The notes below the pieces were generated by a model. That model saw only the letters and a list, made by a program, of their open reading frames with translations. It was not told the origin of the DNA and did no database searches. The translations under genes were made by a program, and so were the position numbers. From Spirochaetales bacterium (GTDB taxonomy: Bacteria > Spirochaetota > Spirochaetia > JABEVK01), in contig JBAXAI010000001.1 of the NCBI GenBank assembly GCA_037142615.1, positions 96,001 to 160,000 of the forward strand: DNA of 64,000 nucleotides, read 5' to 3'. This document shows positions 1 to 11,261 of this stretch, in pieces. Position 1 is the stretch's first letter. Each line of letters opens with the position of its first letter.

Positions 1-2
1 GA

Positions 3-1241
3 AACGACAAGGCGGCCACGGTTGCTTTGGCCGTCAAGGCGGCAACGGTGGTGCGCGACCTGGCAGCCAAAGCCCCAGAAACAAACTGGCGCTTCGAGTA
101 CTCCCCGGAAACCTTCAGCGCCACCGAGCTCGACTTTTCGCTCGAAATCTGCAACGCGGTGCTCGATGTCTGGAACCCAACGCCGCAGCACAAGGCGATT
201 CTCAACCTGCCGGCCACCGTCGAGGTCGCCACGCCCAACATCTACGCAGACCAAATCGAGTGGTTTGGCAGGAACCTGAAGCGGCGCGACAGCGTGCTCC
301 TCAGCCTGCACTGCCATAACGACCGCGGCGCGGCGGTCGCCGCCACGGAACTGGGCCTGATGGCCGGCGCCGACCGCGTCGAAGGGTGCCTGTTTGGCAA
401 TGGCGAGCGTACCGGAAATGTCGACCTCATCACGCTCGCGCTGAACCTGTACACGCAGGGAATCGACCCCGGGCTGCGCTTTGCCGACATCGACGAAATC
501 CGCCGGTTCTACGAGGAAAGCACACAAATGCCGGTGCATCCGCGGCATCCTTACGCCGGAGATCTCGTGTTCACGGCCTTTAGCGGTAGCCACCAGGACG
601 CCATCAAAAAGGGCTTCTCAGCGCAGAAGACCACGGCGTTGTGGAACGTGCCTTACCTTCCTTTGGACCCGAAGGACCTCGGCCGCAGCTACGACGCTGT
701 CATCCGCGTCAACAGCCAGAGCGGGAAGGGTGGCATCAGCTACCTGCTCGAAAAGGAATACGGGCTCGTGTTGCCCCGCCGTCTTTCGATTGAGTTCAGC
801 AAGGTAGTACAACAGCACACCGATACCACGGGCAAGGAAGTCACCGCCGCTCACCTCCACGAAATCTTCACCAAGGAATACTTCGAGGTCAGCAGTCCCT
901 ATGCGTACAAGAGCCACCACCTGAGCGACGATCCGGTGGGCAAGAACGCCGTACGGTTCACGTTGGAAGCCGATGTCGACGGGGTGTTCCATACCTTTCA
1001 CGGGGTTGGCGAAGGACCCATCGAGGCGGTGGTCAAATCGCTCCCCGACGAAGTCAAGCTGATGGACTACAGCGAGTATTCGCTCGGAGGCAAGGGAGCC
1101 GCCAGTCAGGCGGTGGCCTTTATCGAGCTCAGGATTGGCGAGAGCGGACCGGTGGTTTGGGGCGTTGGAGTGGACCGCAATACTGTGACGGCCTCGATCA
1201 GGGCACTGCTCAGCGGGGTGAACCGAGCGCGAAGCCTCTAG
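3..1241 (+). CDS. leuA: 2-isopropylmalate synthase, 5' end cut off by window edge
   Basis: Motifs [59 protein letters not shown] and a C-terminal regulatory domain; frame is open from the window start. Confidence 0.95.
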   Translation, partial: NDKAATVALAVKAATVVRDLAAKAPETNWRFEYSPETFSATELDFSLEICNAVLDVWNPTPQHKAILNLPATVEVATPNIYADQIEWFGRNLKRRDSVLLSLHCHNDRGAAVAATELGLMAGADRVEGCLFGNGERTGNVDLITLALNLYTQGIDPGLRFADIDEIRRFYEESTQMPVHPRHPYAGDLVFTAFSGSHQDAIKKGFSAQKTTALWNVPYLPLDPKDLGRSYDAVIRVNSQSGKGGISYLLEKEYGLVLPRRLSIEFSKVVQQHTDTTGKEVTAAHLHEIFTKEYFEVSSPYAYKSHHLSDDPVGKNAVRFTLEADVDGVFHTFHGVGEGPIEAVVKSLPDEVKLMDYSEYSLGGKGAASQAVAFIELRIGESGPVVWGVGVDRNTVTASIRALLSGVNRARSL

Positions 1242-1699
1242 CTTGGGCGAGGTCGGCCGATCAGGCCGGTCAGGAAGTTCCGCAGAAGCTGGTCACCACA
1301 GACTTTGAAGTTGGTGGTGCCCGGCTTACGGAACAGGGCCGACAACTCGTTCTTTGAGACCGGCATCCCGGCCTTGGCCAAGACGGCCAGGCAGTCTTCC
1401 TCCTGCAATGAGAGCGCGATGCGGAGCTTTTTGAGCACCAAGTTGTTATTGATGCGGGTCACCGGAGCGGGCGCCGAGCCTTCGCGCAGACCACGGTACT
1501 CCAGAATCAGTCCGTCCAGAAACGCGTTGAGCGCCAGCCCCGGGCAGGCCACGAAGCCGGGGTCTTCGTCCTTGAGGAACCACGGTTCCAGCTCGGCCTG
1601 GGTAACCGTTTGTCCGCCTGCTGCCATCAGCGGAAGCACGCGGACATCGGGAATATTCAAAGCGAACCGGATACGCCTCAGGATATCGTTGTTGGTCAA
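1238..1699 (-). CDS. DUF1456 (YehS-like) protein
   Basis: C-terminal part of ORF 1238..2449: [14 protein letters not shown]...[13 protein letters not shown]...ELSALFRK...[10 protein letters not shown]; TTG start overlaps the rarD stop (TTGA). Confidence 0.85.
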   Translation of the reverse strand: MTNNDILRRIRFALNIPDVRVLPLMAAGGQTVTQAELEPWFLKDEDPGFVACPGLALNAFLDGLILEYRGLREGSAPAPVTRINNNLVLKKLRIALSLQEEDCLAVLAKAGMPVSKNELSALFRKPGTTNFKVCGDQLLRNFLTGLIGRPRPS

Positions 1700-2573
1700 G
1701 GTTTTACCGCCTTCCGTTTGCGCCACTCGCCGACGCTGAAAAGTACCAGAGCGCACCAGATGAGCGCGAACGCCACTGCCTTGTTGGCGTCGAAATGTTC
1801 CTGAAACACAAAGACTCCGATCACGAGGTTGAGCGTTGGGCTCACGTATTGCAGGAAGCCGATCTGGGCCAAAGTGATCTTGCGTGCCGCGCTGCCGAAC
1901 AGCCAGAGGGGAAGCACGGTGACGGGACCGGCGATGACGAGCAGCGCGATTTGCCAGGCTTCCGGCTGGGCGTTCCCCCAGAAGCCGGCCGCAGGAAGCA
2001 GGAAGATGAGCACCAGCGGTGACGAAAACAGGGTTTCCAGCTGAAGACTGACGAGGGAAGGTACGGGCGCCTGCTTCTTGAGCAGACCGTAGAAGCCGAA
2101 GCTGAAAGCCAGTCCCAGGGCGATCCACGGCACATGGCCAATGCCCCAACCCATTACCAGCACGCCGGCGGCGGCGAGGGCAAAGGCCGCCGTCTGCCAG
2201 CCCGAAAGCTTCTCGCGCAGAAAAACGATGCCCAGGACAACGCTGACAAGCGGGTTGATAAAATACCCCAAGGCCGACTCGACCAGAAAACCATGGCCGA
2301 CGGCCCAGATGTAGAGCCACCAGTTGACGCTGATCAGGGCTGCGGCTCCAACCATGGCGACCAGCTTGCGTGGACTCTTGAACACTGAAAGGGACTCTTT
2401 TTCCTGCCTGAGCGCCAGAACCAAGCCAGCCGTCAAAACCAGCGCCCACAAGATCCGGTGCGCCAGGATGACCTCAGCTGAAAAGGCCGACAGCGCCTTC
2501 CAATACAGCGGCAAGAGTCCCCACAGGACGTAGGCAAAGAACCCTTGCAGCAGACCGAGACGTTTGAGAGGCA

Positions 2574-2574
<1 letters not shown>
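1696..2574 (-). CDS. rarD: EamA-family transporter RarD
   Basis: AYVLWGLLPLYWK, ILAHRILW, NWWLYIWAV, SALGYFINPL, GFLQYVSP; about 10 hydrophobic segments. Confidence 0.92.
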
Positions 2575-3893
<1,319 letters not shown>

Positions 3894-3909
3894 CAGGGCC
3901 GAGAATCTA

Positions 3910-6624
3910 CTACTTTTCTGTCAGATTGAATACCCCGTCCCAGGTTGCAACCGGAGGCTTGGCGAGGAACTCCTGGCTCCGCTTGGAATAGAGTTTCGAA
4001 GGACCATCTTCGGGAAAACGGGTCTCGAGAGCCGTAAAGATGGCCGCCGCCGCCTTCCAGTCGCGCGCTTCGAAGGCGTCCATCCCTTTGTGGAACTGCT
4101 CGACCAATTCAAAGGTTTCCGGCGGGAGTTCGGAGCGCACGCCAAGAAGGTTCTGCAACAGCACCGGAGTGTTGATTCCGACCACGCGGACACTGTCGAG
4201 GCGCCGGAACAGGAACCTGTCGCCTGTGTCGTTGGCCGTGTACTCGGTGGTCAGGATCCACGTGCCGTACTGCTTGTTGACCCCCTCGAGCCTGGCCGAA
4301 AGGTTAACCGCGTTGCCCATGATGGTGTAGTTCATCTTGGCTGTGGTGCCCATGTTTCCCACGACCATCTGCCCGGAATTGATGCCGATCCGGGTCATCA
4401 GGGGCGTCGGCGACATTTTGGCCTCAAGGAAGTGCACATTGAGTTTCTCTTCAAGCTGACGCATCCGCAAGGCCGACAGGCAGGCGCGCGAAGCGTGGTC
4501 AGGGATGTCGAGCGGTGCCCCAAAAAAGGCGATGATGGCGTCTCCCTCGAACTTGTCGATGGTTCCCTTTTCGGCCAGCACGATATCACTCATGCCCGAA
4601 AGGTACTCGTTGAGCAGCGCGACCAACTCGCTGGCGGTGAGTTTCTCGCTGATGGTCGAAAACCCCTTGACGTCGGTAAACATGGCTGTCATCCACTTTT
4701 CCGTTCCGCCCAGCTTGAGCTTGCCGGGATCGAGAACGATCTCGTCGATGACGTCGGGTGACAGGTAGGTTGAAAAGGCACTCTTGAGGAACGCTTTTTC
4801 CTGTTCGGTCCCAAAGAACCTCACCAGCGAGTACGCGACAAACGACAGGAACATCGCCAGCAGCGGGCCCGATAGCGGGACGAAGACGCCGGTGAGCAGG
4901 AAGATCACAATGCCGACCGCGAGCAACCCGAGAACGATGCCAAAGCCCAGTAAGTTCTGCTGGAGCGGCTTCAAGTTGCGCAGTACAAAGATCAGCCCAA
5001 AAGCGAACGGCGCGACCAGAAGCAGGCTGAACCAGCCCGGCGTCTCCGAAAGGAACTGGCGCTGAAGAATCGTGTTGGCGAGCGACGAGTGCGTACCGAC
5101 GTTGACGTATTGCGCGTGGAAGGGATTGACGCCTATGTCGGAAGTTCCGGTTCCCGTGTAGCCGATGATGGCCATCTTTCCGCCCAAACGGTCGGCCAGC
5201 GCGGAAAACAAGGACTCGTAGTTGACTGTCTCGGCAGCCAGTAGTTCGAAGATCTCCTTGGACTGTGTCTTTTCCAGGGTCCAGAGGTCACGGTCTGCCC
5301 CTTTGGCCACGGATATCTGCTGGTCGGCCGTCTCCATGAGCATTGTCAACGTTGTCGGGGCAAGAAAGTCTGCCAGGTTCTGGCGCCAAGCCTTTTTCGC
5401 GTCGAGCCAGGCCTGCACGTCTTCCGCTTTGCCGGATTCCAGCGCGGCGTTCTTCAGGGGCAGTAGGGCCTCGTGGGCCACCAGCAGGTCCTGACTGACG
5501 TTGCCACTGTCGGTGGCCTTCCAGATGTCGCGCTGAGAAAGATCGAACAAACGCTGCACCACGAGATCCTCGTTCTGGTTGAGGTCGACCAACTTCGAAA
5601 AAGAAACGTGGGCAAAGGCTGCGTCGAACGTGGCGGGGCTCCAGTTGATGAGCATCATGCCGTCTTCGTCGAGGGGAATATCAACGTTCTGCACGGTCCC
5701 GTCGGGGTAATGCGCTCCCTCCAGCCTCAGGTTGTTCGGGCTCAGGATGAGCTTGGGGCGACCCAGGAGATCGATCAAGGGCGCGAAGACCAGCTGGGGA
5801 TACCAGACTCCGCCGATGTTCTCGAGCAGACGGATCCGACGGCGCTTGCCATCATTGTCGATCTGCACGTTGGTGATCCCGGCTCCCTTGGCCCGGGTTA
5901 CAAGTTCGGTCAGCGGAATCTTAACGTCGACGTACTTGGGCAGACGACCTTCCGAACCTTCAACCTGGACCGGAAAGCGCTCGCGTGCGCCTTTGAGCAG
6001 CGCGCTGTCGGCTTCGTTGGTAGGTTTTTCCAGCCGGTTGAGCGTGATGAAGGTGTTCTGCAGAAAACCCATGGCCTGACCGAGGTAAAGGTCGTTGTTG
6101 CGGGCAACCTTGGTAGCGGACTGGTAAAGGTCTTTTTCCGCGCTGTCGGCTTGCGTCAGCAACTCGTTCACGTACGGTGCAGCTTCCTTGAGCGTCATCT
6201 GCCGGTTTTGCAGGGCGGTGAACAGGTCAGCGAAGTTGCCCCCCAGCTCGCCGATCCCCCGGTGGAAGGCAACGGGCAGATCATTCTGCATGTAGTGGAG
6301 GTCGATCCCGGGCGGGGAGTGCTCGAGATACTCAATATCGAAGACAGCCGACCCGAGACCCAGTTCACGCATCGTCACCAGACCGTCAGCCATGATGTTT
6401 CTTGGCCAGGGCCACTGTCCCAACTTGGTGATCGCCGCGTCATCGACGTCCAGCAACAGGATTCGCGGCGACTCTGCCAGGGCGGGTTTGATATGCAGAT
6501 AAACATCGTAAAGATTGCTATCAATGCTCCGAACCACAGAAAATAGCCCCAGCGCGATGATCACGACACTGACAATTCCGGGAACAATCAGGGCTGGAGA
6601 AACCTTTTTTGGAGATGTTGCCAT
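3910..6624 (-). CDS. CHASE2-domain class III adenylate cyclase
   Basis: N-terminal TM; CHASE2 motifs (LDVDDAAITKLGQWPWPR, DNDGKRRR, NVGTHSSLANTIL); 3 TMs; cyclase motifs MFTDVKGFS, DKFEGDA, RIGINSG, YTIMGNAVNLSARLE; ATG 6624 has GAGGA upstream. Confidence 0.93.
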   Translation of the reverse strand: MATSPKKVSPALIVPGIVSVVIIALGLFSVVRSIDSNLYDVYLHIKPALAESPRILLLDVDDAAITKLGQWPWPRNIMADGLVTMRELGLGSAVFDIEYLEHSPPGIDLHYMQNDLPVAFHRGIGELGGNFADLFTALQNRQMTLKEAAPYVNELLTQADSAEKDLYQSATKVARNNDLYLGQAMGFLQNTFITLNRLEKPTNEADSALLKGARERFPVQVEGSEGRLPKYVDVKIPLTELVTRAKGAGITNVQIDNDGKRRRIRLLENIGGVWYPQLVFAPLIDLLGRPKLILSPNNLRLEGAHYPDGTVQNVDIPLDEDGMMLINWSPATFDAAFAHVSFSKLVDLNQNEDLVVQRLFDLSQRDIWKATDSGNVSQDLLVAHEALLPLKNAALESGKAEDVQAWLDAKKAWRQNLADFLAPTTLTMLMETADQQISVAKGADRDLWTLEKTQSKEIFELLAAETVNYESLFSALADRLGGKMAIIGYTGTGTSDIGVNPFHAQYVNVGTHSSLANTILQRQFLSETPGWFSLLLVAPFAFGLIFVLRNLKPLQQNLLGFGIVLGLLAVGIVIFLLTGVFVPLSGPLLAMFLSFVAYSLVRFFGTEQEKAFLKSAFSTYLSPDVIDEIVLDPGKLKLGGTEKWMTAMFTDVKGFSTISEKLTASELVALLNEYLSGMSDIVLAEKGTIDKFEGDAIIAFFGAPLDIPDHASRACLSALRMRQLEEKLNVHFLEAKMSPTPLMTRIGINSGQMVVGNMGTTAKMNYTIMGNAVNLSARLEGVNKQYGTWILTTEYTANDTGDRFLFRRLDSVRVVGINTPVLLQNLLGVRSELPPETFELVEQFHKGMDAFEARDWKAAAAIFTALETRFPEDGPSKLYSKRSQEFLAKPPVATWDGVFNLTEK

Positions 6625-6642
6625 GAAATCCTCACCTTCACT

Positions 6643-6670
6643 TTGAATCGTCAACAATAACGAGTATAAT
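6643..6670 (+). promoter_or_regulatory. sigma70-type promoter for the 6702-9197 operon, in a divergent intergenic region
   Basis: TTGAAT-16 nt-TATAAT; TATACT and TATTGT hexamers lie on the opposite strand facing the cyclase. Confidence 0.6.
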
Positions 6671-6701
6671 TCCAGTGCATAGGAATGACAGGAACAACTT
6701 T

Positions 6702-7160
6702 ATGAAAAGACTGTATGTGTGTGCCCTTTTGATGGCAGGGCTCGTGCCACTTTGGGCACAATCGGCGGCGGTGCTCGACGACATCGTGGCGAGTTCCGGT
6801 GTTTCGTGGGCTCAGGCCTCCTACCTCGTGCTGGTGGCTTCCGGGCAGGTTGACGAGTCAGCCACGCCGGAACAGACCTTCGAGGTTCTCAGCCAGATGG
6901 GCTGGGCCCCTTGGTTCACCCCCTCCACGGCCCCACTGACCGAGGCCGATCTCACCTGGTTGCTCGCCCGGGCCTACAAGCTCAAGGGCGGCCTGTGGTT
7001 CAGTCTGATGCCTGGACCGCGCTACGCCTTCCGTGAGTTCCAATTCCGTGGTTGGGTGGGCTCGGGCCGTGACCCAGGTGCCTTGGTCGCCGGAAACGAA
7101 GCCATCCGAGTTCTGGGCAAGGTCATCGACGCGACGGCCCCCGCAGGAGTCAAACCATGA
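6702..7160 (+). CDS. exported hypothetical protein, possibly SLH-like
   Basis: Signal peptide MKRLYVCALLMAGLVPLWA; helical motifs VSWAQASYLV, PLTEADLTWLLARA, VAGNEAIRVLGKV. Confidence 0.75.
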   Translation: MKRLYVCALLMAGLVPLWAQSAAVLDDIVASSGVSWAQASYLVLVASGQVDESATPEQTFEVLSQMGWAPWFTPSTAPLTEADLTWLLARAYKLKGGLWFSLMPGPRYAFREFQFRGWVGSGRDPGALVAGNEAIRVLGKVIDATAPAGVKP

Positions 7161-8386
7161 AAAACGCCCTATTCCTGCTCGGCCTGGGCGTACTGGCGCT
7201 TCCGCTGCAGGCCTTCGACTTCGGTGCCTCCGAGAACGAAGCCACCGTCCTCCTGGTCCCCAAGATCACGGCGCCTATCGTAACCCAAACTTCCAAGACC
7301 ACCGCCTACCTTAAGGTTCCCCTGGGGGACTTTGCCCTTCACGCCGAAGGTGTGGCCGATCTCTCTCTGACTTACCTGCCGATGACCGCAATTTCTGCTA
7401 CCAACCCGTCGTTTGCGGATCCCCGCTTTGATCTCGGTCTGGCCAAGCTTTCCGGCCTCATTCCTCTTGGTACCGACGCAAACGGAAAACCAAACGGGGT
7501 GTTGAGCATCGCCTTGGGACGTCTGGGACTCTCGGACCTCAGTGGTTGGGTTCTCGGTGGCAAAGCCGACGGCGCTACCGTGTCGTACTATTCCGGCAAG
7601 TTCCACCTCGATCTGGGCGGTTGGTACACCGGGCTTGTGCTCAAAAAGAACAGTCGCGTCGGCATAGGAGCGCTGGACTCGGCCGACTCATCAGTGAACA
7701 CCAAGCTTTTCGCGCCTTCGAGAGCAATTGGTTCGCTCAATCTGGGCCTCAATGAGGTCTTCCTTCGCCAAGACCTCCAGTGGGAAAACTTGGCGCAATA
7801 TGACCTTCGCTCGAGTGGGGCGTTGGTGCACAGCGCCTACAGCACCCTTGACGTTTCGGGTCCGTTGCTGTTCGGTTTTCGCCACGAAACCTCGGTGACC
7901 GGTGCCGTCGTCGCTACCGATTGGGTGCCCGCTTTCGGTGCCCTCGCGGCAACGCATTGGTCGGCCAACCTACCACTTGGGCGCTTGGTCCTCGATGGAG
8001 CTTGGGCCCGCGGCTTTGACGACAAGTCGGACTTTGTGGCCTTGGCCGGCAAAGGTATGGCAAGCGTGACTTCGTTGCCGTCCTACAACGGGGGCATGGC
8101 CGGTGCCGACTGGTCGTTCAGCCCGGCGCCCAAGGTGAGCACGGGCCTCAAGGCCGATGCGCTGTTCCGTGCCAATACCGCGCGTCCCTCAGGACTGGGT
8201 GGCGTACTCGCCGCTTCGACCGACAGCTGGCTGGGCGCTGAGGCGAGCACCTACGGCAGTTGGGCCGCAAGCGCTGAGTTCAATCTGGGCTGGACTTTGG
8301 GCGCCTTTGTTCCTAACCCTTCGACCGTCGCTGCCAACACGGCTGTGACGTATCTGGCCGTCCTGACGGCTACCTTGGAATTGTGA
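7157..8386 (+). CDS. putative outer-membrane beta-barrel protein
   Basis: Signal peptide; many alternating amphipathic strands rich in G/S/T/aromatics; ends in strand YLAVLTATLEL; AGGAG RBS; ATGA overlap. Confidence 0.7.
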   Translation: MKNALFLLGLGVLALPLQAFDFGASENEATVLLVPKITAPIVTQTSKTTAYLKVPLGDFALHAEGVADLSLTYLPMTAISATNPSFADPRFDLGLAKLSGLIPLGTDANGKPNGVLSIALGRLGLSDLSGWVLGGKADGATVSYYSGKFHLDLGGWYTGLVLKKNSRVGIGALDSADSSVNTKLFAPSRAIGSLNLGLNEVFLRQDLQWENLAQYDLRSSGALVHSAYSTLDVSGPLLFGFRHETSVTGAVVATDWVPAFGALAATHWSANLPLGRLVLDGAWARGFDDKSDFVALAGKGMASVTSLPSYNGGMAGADWSFSPAPKVSTGLKADALFRANTARPSGLGGVLAASTDSWLGAEASTYGSWAASAEFNLGWTLGAFVPNPSTVAANTAVTYLAVLTATLEL

Positions 8387-8393
8387 GGACAAC

Positions 8394-9197
8394 ATGAAAA
8401 CAACAATCCTGACCGCGCTTGTCTTGCTGCTTTCGTTCGGCTTGGCCGCCCAAGAGGCGGTTTTCAAGGACGTCAAGGGGAAGGTGGAATACCAACTCGC
8501 CGGTAAAGCCTGGTCTCCCGCCAAGGTGGGAGATTCGATTCCGGCTGGTACGTTGGTTTCGACCGGGTTCAAGAGTACTGCCAGCTTGTCGGTGTTGGGG
8601 TCTCTTATTTCCCTGAAGCCCTTGACCCGTTTGAGCCTCGATGAGCTGGTTAAGAGTGAGACAGGAACCAAGACCAGCCTCAAGTTGCTGTCTGGCAAGG
8701 TAAAAGCCGAAGTACGCCCCAAAACGGCGGCCAACGACCAGGAGTTTGAGGTCAAGGGGCCCAACGCCACCGCTTCGGTGCGCGGTACTGGTCTCGACAC
8801 CGACGGCGAGAGCATCCTTGTTAACCATGGCGAAGTGGAGTTCACCAACAATTTCGGCATCAATCGGTCGGTTCAGGGTGGCGAGTTCACGACCAGCGGC
8901 AGCGGTCCGTCGGTCTCACCTCCCGTATCAGTCAAACCTGCCGCCGCTCCCGCGCTCAAGGACGACGGCACGGTGGACGAGGAAAAGGTCACTGAGCAGG
9001 ATAACCAGGAAGCAGAGAACGGAACCACGGTGGATCTCGAGACGGTTTCCAATGATTTCGGCGACCAAGTGGACACCACGGATACCGGTCCCAGCTTTAC
9101 CGAGGTTCTCGACGAAGTGGTTTCCGAGGTTGTTTCGGATGTAGTCGAACAGACGAACGTTGCCGTTTCCGCCGACCTCACTGTCACCATCCAGTAG
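8394..9197 (+). CDS. exported FecR-domain protein with acidic C-terminal tail
   Basis: Signal peptide; VKGKVEY...W..AKVGD...STG...L..G.V...FEVKGPNATASVRGT...VNHGEVE pattern typical of FecR domains. Confidence 0.85.
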   Translation: MKTTILTALVLLLSFGLAAQEAVFKDVKGKVEYQLAGKAWSPAKVGDSIPAGTLVSTGFKSTASLSVLGSLISLKPLTRLSLDELVKSETGTKTSLKLLSGKVKAEVRPKTAANDQEFEVKGPNATASVRGTGLDTDGESILVNHGEVEFTNNFGINRSVQGGEFTTSGSGPSVSPPVSVKPAAAPALKDDGTVDEEKVTEQDNQEAENGTTVDLETVSNDFGDQVDTTDTGPSFTEVLDEVVSEVVSDVVEQTNVAVSADLTVTIQ

Positions 9198-9203
9198 CCC
9201 GGG

Positions 9204-10211
9204 ATGGACGTCGAAACTCTCCAGGAGTGGACCGCCCAGTTGTTGCTGGCTTCCGGGGTCGGCGAAAGTGCCGCTCGGGATGCCGCCGAGGTATTTGCCT
9301 TGGCTACCCTTCGCGGCCTGGGGCATCATGATGTGAGCTATCTGCCGCAGCGCCTCGATTGGCTGGCCACCGGGCAGGTCAAGGCCAAGCCTCACCTGTC
9401 ACGGGTGTACCAAGCTCCCGCCAGCGAGGTTTGGGACGGCGACGGCGGTCTAGGTGAGGCGCTTTGCCACCATGTCACCATCAGAGCTATGACGTTGGCT
9501 CGGACCCAGGGCGTCGGCTACGCTTCAGTGCGTCGTTCCAACCACTTTCTCGCGGCGGCACCCTACACCGAGATCGGCTCCCGCGAAGGGTTCCTGCTGG
9601 TCGTCTGGTCGAACACCGACGCGGGAATGGGGTTGCCCAATGGGCATACCCGCCAAATCGGTAACAATCCGCTGGGCTTTGGCATCGGCACCGGAATGGA
9701 TGGCCTGTCGGCCGACCTGAGTCTGGCCTATTCTTCGCTGGGGAATCTCCACGCGTTGGCTGCCACCGGCCAGAGCGTCCCTTCCCACTGGGGACGTAAC
9801 GCCGACGACCAGGTCGCTGCCACCGCGCAGGAACTTCTGGAAGGGGCAGTGGGCCCTATCGGCGGGCACAAGGGGCTTTCGCTCGCACTGCTTGGCGAGG
9901 TTCTCACAGGGGTTCTGTCCGGCGGAACAACGCTGGATGAAATTGCCACTGGGGGCGGGCTCAACACCCACAACCAGATGGCGCTTGCCTTTGATCTTGA
10001 CGCCTTTGGCGGGCGCGGGCCCGTGCTGGAACGGGTGGCCTCGCTTCGAAGCCGGGCTTCTGCCGTAGCCCACGGTGGCCGTTTGCCGGGCGAACGAAGT
10101 CACCGGGCCGCCGCGCAGGCACTGGAACATGGTCTGGTTCTGGCACCAGGGGTTGTCGCCGCGCTGACCGACTGGTCGGCCCGCCTTGGCGTGGCTATCC
10201 CCAGCCACTAA
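9204..10211 (+). CDS. Ldh_2 (malate/L-lactate dehydrogenase-like) oxidoreductase
   Basis: LRGLGHHD, DGDGGLG, VRRSNHF, IGNNPL, GGHKGLSLAL, RLPGER. Confidence 0.88.
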   Translation: MDVETLQEWTAQLLLASGVGESAARDAAEVFALATLRGLGHHDVSYLPQRLDWLATGQVKAKPHLSRVYQAPASEVWDGDGGLGEALCHHVTIRAMTLARTQGVGYASVRRSNHFLAAAPYTEIGSREGFLLVVWSNTDAGMGLPNGHTRQIGNNPLGFGIGTGMDGLSADLSLAYSSLGNLHALAATGQSVPSHWGRNADDQVAATAQELLEGAVGPIGGHKGLSLALLGEVLTGVLSGGTTLDEIATGGGLNTHNQMALAFDLDAFGGRGPVLERVASLRSRASAVAHGGRLPGERSHRAAAQALEHGLVLAPGVVAALTDWSARLGVAIPSH

Positions 10212-11206
10212 CACAGTTCAGAATAGTCCAGGCAGCTTTGGATCACAGGGTCGTCAGGGGAATCGAACATCGGGCTCACCGACTGTTGGGCATGAATGCG
10301 GCGCACCGTTTCGGCAAACAACGGCGCCGCTGACAGCGTCACAAATCGGGGGTGGCACTTCGAGTAGGGGTTCGCGACGCTGTTGGTCGTGATGATCTGC
10401 TCAATGGGGCTGGCCTCGAGTCGCGCAATCCCCTCAGGGCGGATGAGGCAATGGCTGAGCACGGCAACGATCCTCCGGGCACCCCTGTCTTTGAGGCCCC
10501 TCGCAAGGTCAGCCAGGGTTCCGCCCGAAATGGTGAAGTCATCGACGATCAGGCAATCGCGTCCGCTGACATCTCCCATGATTTCAACCACCTCGGCCTT
10601 TTCGTCGTGGTTGCGACGGACTTTCTCGCCTACCGCCAGCGGCCAACCCAGGTCGTCGGCGAACTTTCGGGTTTGCTTCAAGAAACCCAGGTCGGGGCTC
10701 ACCAGCACCGGGTCGTGAAACTGCTGGCGGCGCAGGTAGGCCGCAAAAATGGGGAGCGCATAGATGTGGTCCACCGGTTTCTTGAAGAACCCCTGAATCT
10801 GAGGGCTGTGAAGGTCGAAGCAGACAATTCGGTCGGCCCCCGCCAACTCGATGCTCTCTGCGCAAACCCGTGCGCGGATCGACACGCGGGGTTCGTCCTT
10901 TTTGTCGCCCTTGGCATAGCCGAAGTAGGGCAGGATGGCTGTGACCGAACTTGCACTTGCCCGCTTGAAGGCATCCATCCAGAATAGCAATTCGGTGAAC
11001 TCATCGTTGGGATGCAGCGCTATGGGCAGCACCAGATAAACGTTTTGAGACCTGACCGTTTCGCCCACACGAACAAACAGGTTCCCATCCGAGAACTTGC
11101 GCACGTCACTGATTCCCAGTCGGATGCCGAGGTAGCGGCACATGCCCTGGGCGAAGTCTTGTCCGGAGCTTCCGGCGAAAATCTTGATACGGTCCTCAGT
11201 TTCCAT
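10208..11206 (-). CDS. prs: ribose-phosphate pyrophosphokinase
   Basis: FSDGNL, PYFGYAKGDKK, DLHSPQIQGFF, VSPDLG, LIVDDFTISGGT; start at METEDRIKIF. Confidence 0.93.
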   Translation of the reverse strand: METEDRIKIFAGSSGQDFAQGMCRYLGIRLGISDVRKFSDGNLFVRVGETVRSQNVYLVLPIALHPNDEFTELLFWMDAFKRASASSVTAILPYFGYAKGDKKDEPRVSIRARVCAESIELAGADRIVCFDLHSPQIQGFFKKPVDHIYALPIFAAYLRRQQFHDPVLVSPDLGFLKQTRKFADDLGWPLAVGEKVRRNHDEKAEVVEIMGDVSGRDCLIVDDFTISGGTLADLARGLKDRGARRIVAVLSHCLIRPEGIARLEASPIEQIITTNSVANPYSKCHPRFVTLSAAPLFAETVRRIHAQQSVSPMFDSPDDPVIQSCLDYSELC

Positions 11207-11261
11207 GGACCGAGAATACCCGGCCTTGTGGGAATCGGGCAAGCAGTCTAGGATGGCGGCC
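11207..11261. promoter_or_regulatory. overlapping divergent promoters for prs and the hemolysin III gene, both apparently leaderless
   Basis: Minus strand TTGCCC-18-TATTCT-6-ATG(11206); plus strand TTGTGG-17-TAGGAT-7-ATG(11262). Confidence 0.55.

Noticed and set aside
1700-2449. 403-aa ORF suggesting a long DUF1456 fusion
   Set aside because: The upstream part is an alternative frame of rarD; the family-like sequence begins at TTG 1699
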